This document shows, in pieces, positions 36,763-47,974 of a stretch of DNA of 64,000 bases (position 1 is its first letter; each line of letters begins with the position of its first letter). Where the stretch lies: contig NC_087437.1 of NCBI RefSeq assembly GCF_036321535.1, forward strand, positions 85,066,001-85,130,000. The letters are read 5' to 3'. This DNA comes from Camelus dromedarius (lineage: Eukaryota). The position numbers were made by a program, and so were the translations under genes. The notes under the pieces were generated by a model. That model made no database searches. It saw only the letters and a program-made list of their open reading frames with translations, and was not told the origin of the DNA.

Positions 36763-39149
36763 ATTCTCCACCCCATAGGTTATAATGGTTATTTATGATG
36801 ACTGGAGTAAGGAGGTACATCCTTTTGAAGACTACACTTTTTTGGCTATGATTAGAACTCTTGTGCTTTTATGACAAAGGGTAGGTTTTTGTCTTCCAGT
36901 CCTTTGGTTATGAAAAGATAAATAGGTTAAAAATAGGGTAATAAAGATGATTAATGTTTTAATGTATCAATATTCATTCTGTGGATGATTAATAAAAGGC
37001 ATGTCCTTAACTACTCTTCCATATCAATGCCATGGGAAACTAATTGCATTAGAAACTTGCACTGAGAACACAAGAATTTATCGGGCATAGCTAGTACAAG
37101 AACTGGAGCTTTCCATATATATTGTTGTAGAGCTTTGCAGCTGTGAGGCAACGCTTACTATGAGCAATGATATATAGATTATTTAAAAGCTACCCTTTCC
37201 ACAAGAACAAAAAAAAAATGTATATTGGCCTATTAGAAACACGACCTTTTGTGAAATTTGCATTATATCTATCAGACTATTTAAAATTCTAAGTAATTAA
37301 GTTAAATTCTATATCTCAATTAATTTTAACCCTCAGGATGCTTTTATTATAATAACATTGTTCTGCTGTTTATTCATAGATTTATTCCATGTTCAAAGTA
37401 ATTTTTAAAAATATTTATTTGGTACCCTTCGTATGTGCAAAACAATGAATTGTGTCCTGGGAGGGCTATATAAGTCAGTAAGTCTTATCTTCTGTAATGC
37501 TTTTAATAGAGTGGAAATTAAACAATAAACTCTGAATTGATAGTCATACAAGTCAGAATGTGATGTAGGAGGGCTAATCCATTTCACAGACAACCACAAT
37601 GTAAGAAACATGACAAAGTCTCACAAGAGAAACACAAAGACACTTGGCTGGAAGAATCGGAAAGTTTTTTGAAGAAGGAATATTTGAGATAAATGTTTGA
37701 GGATTTTAAAAGTTGACAGGATGTAGAGAAGGGTGGTACATTTCAGGTCCAAGTAGTAATCTGTACAAACCTGCAGGGGATTAACTTGTGGGATGATCTT
37801 ATGTATTAGTTAAAAGTTCTGTGCTTAGAGCAAAGATTATGTGCAAAGGAATAGAAGGCAACAGAGTTGGAAATTAATGTGTAGAATCCTGTAGGTTTAC
37901 TTAGAAGGGGATTTGGATTTAATTCAGTTACTAGGAAATGAGACAGTGACAAAACAATCTGTAATCACTAAAGTTTAATAATCAAAGAATAAATCAGAGT
38001 TTGAAGAATTTTCCTTGAAAATGATTAAGCTGAATCAAAAAAGTTTCCTTTTTTAAAACCCAGTGAGCCAACAAAAAATAATAATACCACGACTAATAAC
38101 ACCAGCCATGAATGTCTGCTTGAATTTTTTATACAACATGTTATTTTTATGAAAACAATGAAATAAAAAGAAAGAAAAGAGACCCCTACTACTGCAAAGG
38201 TTAATTGGAAGTTACTATTTTAATCCTTGTGTAGTGGGCAGGGGACAGTTTACATTGAAAAAGAAACAATCTATTATTCTAACATGCTATTCAAAAGAAA
38301 AAAAATATACCTTCAACAATACTAACAGGTTAAAGAATTGGATGCAGTAACAAGGGGAATTACTACTACGGAAAATTAAGTTAGTAGTGGTAAGCAAAAT
38401 TTTCCCCAAGTGCAGAAGAAATGTAGAATAAAGATGAAAACAAAGAGAGAGCATATGATTAATGTGGAGGGAACCAATGCAGCTCAAGCATTTTTTGTAA
38501 AGAATTTTTAAAAATAATAAAACAAAATGATCAATTGGAATATAAGGAAAAATCAGAGGATTGAAATTTAAAAATTACCTGAGATAAAGGAGAAGCTGGA
38601 ATGGGGACAGGGAAGAGGGGTCACAAATATACAGGCTAATTATCCATAAAGAATCAAAAATCATTTCAAATGACAAGGGAGGAGAAATATTATCTGTCAA
38701 TTGTATTAGCATTTAAATTGTCTTTTATGGGTTAAAACAATAGAAGGATATTTTAAAGATAACTAGGGCTTCAGAAAACATCCTACACACAGGTAAACAT
38801 GTAAGCTCTTTGAAGGCACAGACAATATTTATCTCATTTATCACTTCACCACCTGTTATTGGTGGGGAACCTAAAAAGTAATGACTCTCTGTACCCCTTT
38901 ATTGTATGCTACTGAGGGTTTCCACTGGTTATGCTGTGTTCTGAGGCAATAGATAGCTGACCCAGAGTAAGTATATGATTCAGACAGTGATAATTTTCAG
39001 GGAAAAAGTAAAGCAGGGCAATGGGGACAAGGAGTACTGGAAGTAGGGGAAGGTGGTATTTAATGGAGAGTAGCCAAGAAAAGCAAAAGAGATGGAAAAC
39101 ATTTGAACAGATATAGGAAGGAAGTGCGAGTTCCATCCAAGGTGTCTTT

Positions 39150-39490
39150 GTTGTTCTTCATCTTGACTACACATTAGACAAATTTCTTTTTGCCTTTAGG
39201 CTCCTGAACTCCCTTTTCTTAGAGGATATACTTTAGAAAACTTATAAATCCTTTAGCTGCTCCTTTGAGATGTAAATCTTTTTTAAAAGCTCCTGTTAAT
39301 TTCTTAGTCAAGAGTATCTTCCTTTGAAATGTACTCATCGAGGAAAACAGTGCCCCTGCCTCCCAATTTCCGTGGGAGGGTAGGAGACAAACTTTGGCAG
39401 GTAACTTACTCCAAGTTATAAAGCTACCTCCTGTCATGCAGGAAGGAGAGAGTTTACTTTTAAAGGTTCTACCTGATTTGCATGTAGAAA
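39150..39490 (+). mobile_element. ERV1-type LTR fragment (MER4-group-like)
   Basis: Motifs ctcctttgagatgtaaatc, gtgggagggtaggag and gctacctcctgtcat resemble MER34/39-like LTRs; recognised by eye only. Confidence 0.45.
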
Positions 39491-41213
39491 TTCTTATACT
39501 GGCATTCAGAAACAAGTGGTAAATATTGGTTAATAGTAATTCTCAAAAAAACTCTTATTTCTTTCTTTATGCAGAAACATGATAGTAGGATGTGAATGTA
39601 TTTTTCTTTGAAGGTTAAATCTCTAAAATAAGGGCCTTAATATTAGTAAAAGAACCATGTTCAAGTTCAAGTCCAAGAAGTAAGCAGCATGTTGAAAAAA
39701 ATAAATAAATATGAATGCAGCTATTGAGATACACATATGGTAAAACTTAAACTAAGTTGAGCCATTTGTAGAGATACTATAGTTAAGTTTGGGCCCAGAC
39801 AAAAAGACAGAAAGGGAAGTTACTTGAAAGAAAGAGGAGCTCAAATGATTAGAATATGAGATGCTTTGTAGATTACACATGAGAATTATGGGTGTGAGAA
39901 GTTGAGCATTGGGAGTAGTTGAGAGTGAATTAAAATTAAAGTTGTAAAGGAGATAAAGATACAAAGGGGGAGAATAGAGAATCATTGAGAAAAACATTTC
40001 CTATGGGTAATGTCAAAGTTTTGCTTTCAAAAATAAAGAAAAAGAACTACTTTCAATGTAGTACCTTAAGCCAGTCAGTGTGTTTACCTTGTCTCCACCA
40101 TCAAAGAGACTATTTGGGAAATATTACTACCACTCTGCATATTATTTCCATGGACTCCACTTTCTTTATATTAACAAATTGGTTTTCTCTCATGATATAC
40201 TGTAGCATTCATTAAATACTATGTATTTTCAGTATACATGTGTTATTTTCCCCAGCATAAGGTTACAGATGCCTTGTAATGATATGAACAACAATAAGAA
40301 ATCTTGCAGAATAGTGATCTCACCTAGATTTAGTTTAGGCACATTTATTGACTCTGTTTTCTGGGCCACAGCAACTCTCCTTAAGAAGCAGAGACACTTA
40401 AGCAAGAGTTTGTGCTGTGGGCTGGAGGGCAGCAGAAGAGCCCCTTGAAACAGCTGCTCTTAGGTACAATTTACTGAGCCAGTATACCTGTTTCCCAACT
40501 GCTAAGTATTGACTCCTAAAGGCTTCTCCTGGATATTGCTCTCAGCTGAAGGGAACCACCTCAGCTGGGAGTTTATCCTCTCTACCCTTCCCAGGACAGC
40601 CTACTGTCAATAATGGACTGGTATGTGGACTCAAAAGTCTAACTCTCTTGCCTCCAGCGGAAGAGGTCAACTGTGTGATGCTTATGGTTCAGCATATGGT
40701 TCCTTCTGGGTCAGACCAAGGCTGTGATTCCATTATCGCTCATCTTTTTCTGCTTCTGTAGTCTGCTCTACTGCATAACCTAAAGCTTTATACTGAAGAA
40801 TACGCCCTCAATCAGTCTCCCACCACAGAACCCCTATCTCAGACCCTGTTCTTGAGCCTTTCACCAGAAAAGATAGTTTTTCACACTGCTCATGGACACA
40901 ACCAGCAGTGCGTCATCTCCCACCTGCAACAGGAGACTCTGCTCTTACTCCAAGACTTCTCTTGGAGCTACTGGAGCACAGGATACTCTGAGGCTCACTC
41001 AGCGTCTGTAAGTGAAAGACTTGGAAGTGAAGTATGAGGAATTAATGACCTCTGGATCAAATTTCACTAATGGGAGAAGGGATGATATAGATAAAGCATT
41101 CTCTCTTTCTTCTACGTTGCCTTCTCCTCTTCTGCCTGTGGATTGCTGGGAGATTCAGTCATCATTTTGCTCCTCTAAATACATCCCTAAACATAATGTG
41201 AAATCAAATAGTG

Positions 41214-41292
41214 TCTCTCTCTCTCTCTCTCTCTCTCTCCCCCCTCCTCCCTCCCCTCCCTCTCTCCTCTCTCTCTCTCTTCCCTCACTCTT
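41214..41292. repeat. (TC)n and polypyrimidine tract
   Basis: About 75 nt almost purely C/T. Confidence 0.9.
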
Positions 41293-42729
41293 CAGTAAGG
41301 GATAATGGACTAAATAATAATCTTTAACAAAAATTGTTTTTAGTAATTCTTGAGAGTATCAGAATCACGTATTATTCCCACAAAGACGATTATTCTACAG
41401 GTAATAAGGAGGTAAAAAGGTAAGAAGAAGAAAATTCTGGGAAAAATAAATTTAAAAAAAAAATGAAGATAATTACAGGGAATCAGGATAGTTAAGAAAA
41501 TGACACTCAGGGAGAAAAGATACATGAATTCCCTGTAACAGGAAAGCAAGAGAAATTGTTGTAATTCTCATAGATGGAAACCAAGTTGACTTTCAACTAT
41601 GTTCAGACACACACTAGCAGTGACTGAGGAAGTTGGTTCATTAGGAACCTCTTTGGGTGAAAGATGGTTTTCTGGGTAACGATGAATTTTCCGTGAATGG
41701 AAATTTAAAGTATACATAAACTTATGTACATATATAAAGGCAGTGAGATGCCAAGCATAAGAGAGATGCCACCATTCTGAGCAAAACACAGTATCTATCA
41801 CTGAACTTATAAGAACTTGCCTGAGTCTTACGAAGACTCAGAGTAAAGATGGAAGAGTTACTCTAGTACACATTGATTGGGAGCATAACACGGAATTTCT
41901 TGTAGCCTGTGAATAAGTACAGTGCCCTGGAGATTAATGTACATCTTCTCTACCTGAGGGTTACAATCACAGCAAGTGGGGAAATGAAGAAAAGGTGAAT
42001 TGAAAGGCTTACAGCATAGACTAGGGATACAAGAAAGCAGGAAAGGATATAATTTTCAATATACTCTAGGGGGCAAATGATTGAAACACTTAAGTGGCAG
42101 AGGTAATGACTGGATAACATTAACAGCATCTTAAGCTTCTTAAAGGGTATTTTCATTCTTTATTCTAGTTGTGTTGCTTTTCTTCTTATTTTCTTGCCTG
42201 CAGCAAGCATCTATCCTTTAGAGTGAACTGTGTGCTAAGAAACTTTGGCCCACATGAGAGACCCCAGGTGTCCACTACAAAGCAGGAGAGAGCAGTACAA
42301 TAAGAGAGAGGACAGGAGCACTGGAACATGGTAGATACCATGCCAAACGCAATAGGAGTGTTTGTAAGGATAGTGAGAAAACGGTCAAGATTTCTACCAA
42401 AAGAAAAAGGAGGGTGTCCACCTTGAATAGAAGTAGTGAAAAAGATATTGAGTAGAAGAGAGACGGTGTAAAGGAAAAGCCTTCAGCTTTCTCATAGTAA
42501 TTACACGTTTTTACCTGGTCAATCTGAAAATTTCCCTCTAATTTTCTAACACATTTTGTGTCAAAGGGAGAGGACTGGACCCTCACCTAAAAGAAGAAGA
42601 GGGACTTCGCTGATGTTGTTGTCAGGTTTCCATCACAGAGTAGAAATGTGAAAATCAATGCTCCTTTTAATCACAGATAACAAACCTGAGGTGAGCATGG
42701 GGGGGCACAAGCAAGCACAGTCAGGACTG

Positions 42730-42780
42730 CTCACGTGCAGGGTTCCTCACGTGCAGCTGCAGGTGCTGGAAAGGTGACGC
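42730..42780. promoter_or_regulatory. Candidate enhancer: clustered E-boxes
   Basis: CACGTG at 42732 and 42748, CAGCTG at 42754, CAGGTG at 42760, TGACG half-CRE at 42775. Motif evidence only. Confidence 0.35.
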
Positions 42781-45569
42781 TGTTTAGGCTAATGAGGCAA
42801 AGCAGAATAAAGGCCAAAGCCACAGCAGAGAGAATCTTACATGCACAGCTGTATCTACTGCTGTCTCTTTCCCCACCTAGTCTTCAATTGCAGGTTAATT
42901 TTTTCTCTATGCAATCAGTTCACTTCCCTACAGGGCCTCCTAATAACTTCTGAATCCAGGCCAAGCTGCTTTTGATTATTTATTGTGAGTACTCTGTAAC
43001 TGATAATAATTGATTTTCTCCTGTTGGTGAGTCCTGAGCTAAAGTTAATTGTGTTTGTCAAATCCCAAAGCCAGCATTGGATACAACATCACTTTATGTT
43101 GTAAAAGTCCATTTTAACTATCAAACATGACTTGGATTGAAACTAGACACACACACACACACACACATACTCGTCATTTGTTATAAAGGTATACAACAGG
43201 CAAGGCATGAGTTATAAAAGACAATAAATGAAACATTTTCTTTCTCATATTTGGATCAAATTGACTTGTAAGATATAAGAGAACAGATGGCTATATTGCT
43301 GTTAATGCCGATTTGGAAATGTGGCTTCTGGTTGTGGCCAAATGGACATGCTTATACTTTATGTCTAAATTAAAGTACGGCACTAGCGAAACTGAATAAC
43401 TTGAGCTTGTCATCAGGTGGGGGGGGGCAAGGTTTTACCGCATAGCTCAACCCAACGCACATGTGCTTTCTACAGAGAAGATAATAATAATTACCATATA
43501 ATAATAATAGGACTAGTAACAATAACAATACGAAACTATAGCAACAAAAATAAATTCTCACAGCTTCCTTCTAGAGACTAACGTGAACGTGCTCTGACTA
43601 TTCCTTTCCCTAGTAAAGTCTGAGAAAGGAAAGGAAACCAGAGGTTTACCCCTGAAGCAGAAATGTCCTCCGTACCCTGGGACCTTGAGGAAGAAGGACT
43701 GTTTCCCCTTCTCTCTCCCCCTCAACAGGGCAGGGCTCCTCCTGCACGGAGGAACCTCGGCACAAGCCCACGACACGGACGGCGTGGTCCAGCAGACCCA
43801 GGACACAACAGGGATGCCTGCATGTGGCGGATTTCCCACCGGGCCTCCCTTCCATCCTCTGAGTCTAGGGCAGTATTCAGGGAGAGCTGCAGAACGGGAG
43901 GCACCTTCCTGTCACCCTGGGAGCTATTTCCTTGCGGGATATTTCTATAACATCAGTGCATAAGCACAGAAGTTCCTCCCTCACGCTCAGCTTCAGCCTT
44001 CTGTTAGCGTTTCCTTCCTCTGGTCTTTGAAAAGACCAGGTTTTGTCAACTGCAAGCACATCGTATTGAAGGGGTTTTATAGTAAGCTCAGTTTCCATCC
44101 TAAATTATATGAATTGTTGAGTTCCTCAGAATTTAAAGCCTTCATTTACTCTTTACTTACTAAAATACTGTTTGACTGAAGCCACCTTGATTTTCCTAGA
44201 TTATTCTCTTAAATTCCAGTTAATGTATCTCTATGGCAAATTCCTGTAGTCTCTTGTTTCTAATAAGACTGTCTGCTCTGGTATATATTTTAAAACATTT
44301 TAAGTTTCAAATTTGTGGAGTTTTTTGACACAGTTCAGTGTCAGTAGGAGAACATGAATTATTTTTCATAAGCCTAAAACAACTCAGATGTAGAAAAGAT
44401 ATAACACTATCTTTAACATTTCAATGTAATTATGATATTGAGTCTCCATTTCACCTGAAGAAAAAAATAGTCACCTGTATGTAAGCTCAGTTGTTTTGGT
44501 GCTTTTATGAGCAGTTAATTATAAACAGGTAATTGAGACTTTTTCCTTGTTTGCTTTGTTTCCCAGAGTTGGAGGGGGACATCTGGTTTTTGGAGGCTTA
44601 CACAGTGAGTGTCTCTGAACAAGTGAATGGTCCATGGCCATCTTTGATGCTAAGCTAGTGAGATGTCACTTGCTGTCTCTGGTTTTTCCCTGTTTAGCTT
44701 ATCTTCACTGTTACTCCTTAAGCTATATGTGGTCCTGCCATGGTTTCCAGTCATCAGCCCTTGTATGTTCCTCGTTTTGTCCTCAAGATTCATGAGAATT
44801 TGCTAACTATGTTACCACCTTTCAAGCTCTCTCTGAAGGACATTTGAAACTTTTCAAACATTTCTCTCTGCCTCTCTGGGGGAGCAGGAGATTTGGGGAA
44901 CTGCCTCAGCTCTCTGCCTCTCTTCCTAGACTTTTTTAAACCAATATTTCTACTTTTCTTCTTATGCTCCACACTGTGAACAGAACTTTCGTGACACTTA
45001 CTGCCTTCTCAAAAAAGTAAAATCGCAGTCTGACAAAACTCCCAAGCATTTGTGAGTCCCATTCCTCCTCCCGCAGTGGGATTCTGGGGAGAACAGAGGG
45101 GAAACAATAGCATAGAGAATAAACTCAGGATAAGTAAATGACATTTATGAAAAACCTAAGATAATAAATTTAGACCAAGTCTCAATTCAGAGACAACTCA
45201 CATTCCAAAATCAAACTGATTAAATAAGAAAGGAGAGTAGCAAGAAATATTTGAATAAAGTGTAACAAAGAACTAGGTTTATTTTGCTTTTCTAAGAGTG
45301 AAAAGAAAATCCTAGCCAGCTGGAGCACCAAAAAGTGATGCTCGGAGGTACAGGTCAGATATAGTCAGAGAGGCTTATGTACAGGCCTGTTTTTTTCAAA
45401 TGTAAATTAGAAATAATCTGCTGAGGATTTTGGATGGGAAAAAAATATTTAGTATTGAGCTATTCTTAAAAACAGAAGATGCTAAATCTCAAATTTACAA
45501 GTTTTTTAAAAAATATAAATTGCTAATAAATCCTTTTAGTTGAGCCAGCGTGCCTTCCTTGCTTCAATG

Positions 45570-46065
45570 TGTGAATGAAAAATACTGCAAGACATATCAG
45601 TAAACAAAGAATGCTGAAGCCATCAAGTCATCGGAGGCTGCCGCCACCCCCACCCCCAGTGAAGGCAAGCCTGCAGCCCAGCCTCTGCAGCCACTCTCAG
45701 TGGTGCACCCTGAGGGGACTCAGAATAAGAAAGGACAGGATACTGGCTCTAGATAGCTAGGTGCTTATCAAAGGAAAGAATTTAATGAGCCCAAATGTTT
45801 GCTTCCTCCCATACATAGAAAAGCACTAAATTCTTTAACTTGAGATGCCTCGTTTTCTTCAGTTAACAAGCAATCTTTTAGTGTTTCAACCACCTGGTCT
45901 TTGTTGCAAAACTCCTATCTACGTATCCTAGCTCCTCCGCTGCCTCTTTGGAGCAGTCCCTCAAAACTATCTGAGAGGCTGTCATCTTGGGCTGAGTCGC
46001 CAGAATTGTCCACTGAATAAAACATAACTCTCAACTTTTAGGTTGTGCATTTATTTCAGTTGACA
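45570..46065 (+). mobile_element. Complete solo LTR (ERV1-type), copy A
   Basis: TGTGAATGAAAA...TTTCAGTTGACA; AATAAA at 46016; exact 4-bp TSD aatg (45566-45569 / 46066-46069). Confidence 0.9.
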
Positions 46066-46803
46066 AATGAAACCCAGGGCATTTTAATACATTATATTCA
46101 CTTTTTAGAAATGATTTCATTTACTTTCAATGAAAGAAGGTTCTGAAGTTTTGTTTGCTTTGTCATTTTGCTGCTGAAATCACTCAACTAATGAACTCTA
46201 GAGTAGAATGTGAAGCCGTATCTTAGATTTTAAAAAGGAAAATATTTATTTCTAATTTAAAACACATTAAGTAGCATTTAGTATTTTGCTAATTAAAAAG
46301 GAATGCAGCTGAATTTCCCAGACCACCCAGCTAATAACCTGAAACTGGGTAAATCAGGGGAAACCTGTGGCCCAAGAAACCTTTGACCTTGGCCAAGTAT
46401 TACATCACCTCCCTTTGCTGATACTAGCTTTCTCATTCAGATTATATAGAACAGACATTGTGAGAGGCTGCTCTCTCTTTTCGACATTTCTGTCTTTCCA
46501 GTTGTGCATTTAATGTAACCGATCTTTGGCATTTGAACAATTTGCAAAGAAATCTATATGAAGTAAAATGTTTTACCAACAATTTTGTGACATGTGAATC
46601 CAGAATTGCTGAATATCTAGCTCAAACTTTGTGTGAGGCTATTACAAAAGAAACTGATTTCTTTTTCTTTATAATTGCTCTTAATAGAAAGATGGGCTGA
46701 AGAAAACAGTCCGATGAATCAGTTCAGAATTTTGCTCAATTCTTCACCTTTAAAGGAAAATGAATATTCCTCTAGCAACTTGCTTTAACCTGTGTTTACA
46801 AAC

Positions 46804-47295
46804 TGTCGACTGAAATTAACACGCAGCCTAAAAGTTAAGAGTTGTGTTTTATTTGGCGGGAGGACTTGAGCCGGGATGACAGCCTCTCAGATCGCTCTGA
46901 GGGACTGCTCTGAAGAGGTAGAGGAGGAGCTAGGATATATAGGAGCTTTACAACAAAGACCAGGTAGTTGGAAAAATGGAAGATTGCTTGTTATCTAAAG
47001 AAAGCCAGGCATCTCAAGTTAAAGAATTTAGTGCTTTTCTGTGTATGGGAGGAAGCAAACATTTGGGCTCACTGAATTCATTCCTTTGACAAGCACCTAG
47101 CTATCTAGGGCCAGTATCCTATCCTTTCTTATTCTGAGTCCCCTCAGAGTGCACCATTGAGAGTGGCTGCAGAGGCCAGGCTGCAGGCCTGTCCTCACTG
47201 GGGATGGCAGCAGCTGCTGATGACTTGGTTTCAGCATTCTTTGTTTACTGATATGTTTGCAGTATTTTCACTCACATTGCAGTATTTTCATTCAC
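46804..47295 (-). mobile_element. Complete solo LTR of the same family, copy B (inverted relative to A)
   Basis: Reverse complement aligns along copy A (e.g. ctgaggggactcagaataagaaagga; gagcccaaatgtttgcttcctcccatac); flanks aaac/taac. Confidence 0.9.
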
Positions 47296-47306
47296 ATAAC
47301 AGAAAC

Positions 47307-47974
47307 TGTGATAATCATCTTTTAGATGGTCAGTTCCACTTAATGAAACTGAGAAAGGAAGGGGGCAGGGCACAGCCATTCAATGCTACAGCACTTAACA
47401 TCAAAATGGTAAAAGATTCAACCCCCAGTTGGCCTTGAGGCTCAAGATGGTGGGAGATTTGACTTCTAGCAGATCTGGAGCTTCATTATACACCCATTGT
47501 AATATATTAACATGGTAAATAACATGCCCACAGGCACCATGGCAATCCCAAGGCTAGCCACAAAAGGTCAAAGAGTGGGAAATGGCCAACTTCCTGGGAA
47601 TTCCAGCCCCTTCCCCGGGCTACTTAGACTGGGCCTTCCACTTATTAGCATATGAAGCCAACAAGCCCATAAAAACCAGCAACACGGAGTCTCAAGGCTG
47701 CCCCTCTCTCTCCCTCTTCTGAGAAGGCCCACACTCTGTCTATGGAATGTGTACCTACTTTTAATCTGAGCACCCAACCCCCACACCTTGTGGCCTTTCT
47801 CTTGCCTTTTAATGTACCTCTCTGAATAAATCTACCTTCACTCAACTGTGGCTCGCTCTTGAATTCTTTCCTGCATGAAGCCAAGGACCCACTCTTAGCA
47901 GGGCACGTCCCAGGGGCTCAACCGAGACCTGGGACACAGCCCTCCTCATGCCCCACATCTGTTTTCCTGCATCA
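47307..47974 (+). mobile_element. Complete solo LTR of a different ERV1-type family, copy C
   Basis: TG...CA ends with exact 4-bp TSD aaac (47303-47306 / 47975-47978); TATA-like cataaaaa at about 47668; AATAAA at 47825; U5-like cttgaattctttcctgcatgaagccaaggaccc. Confidence 0.82.

Noticed and set aside
43558..44098. Overlapping ORFs in many frames
   Set aside because: Expected from locally high GC (few stop codons); no homology recognised.
45570..47974. LTR cluster as a single provirus or a TIR DNA transposon
   Set aside because: A and B are inverted with different flanks, each has its own LTR hallmarks, the spacer shows no PBS, gag, pol or transposase, and C is unrelated with its own TSD.
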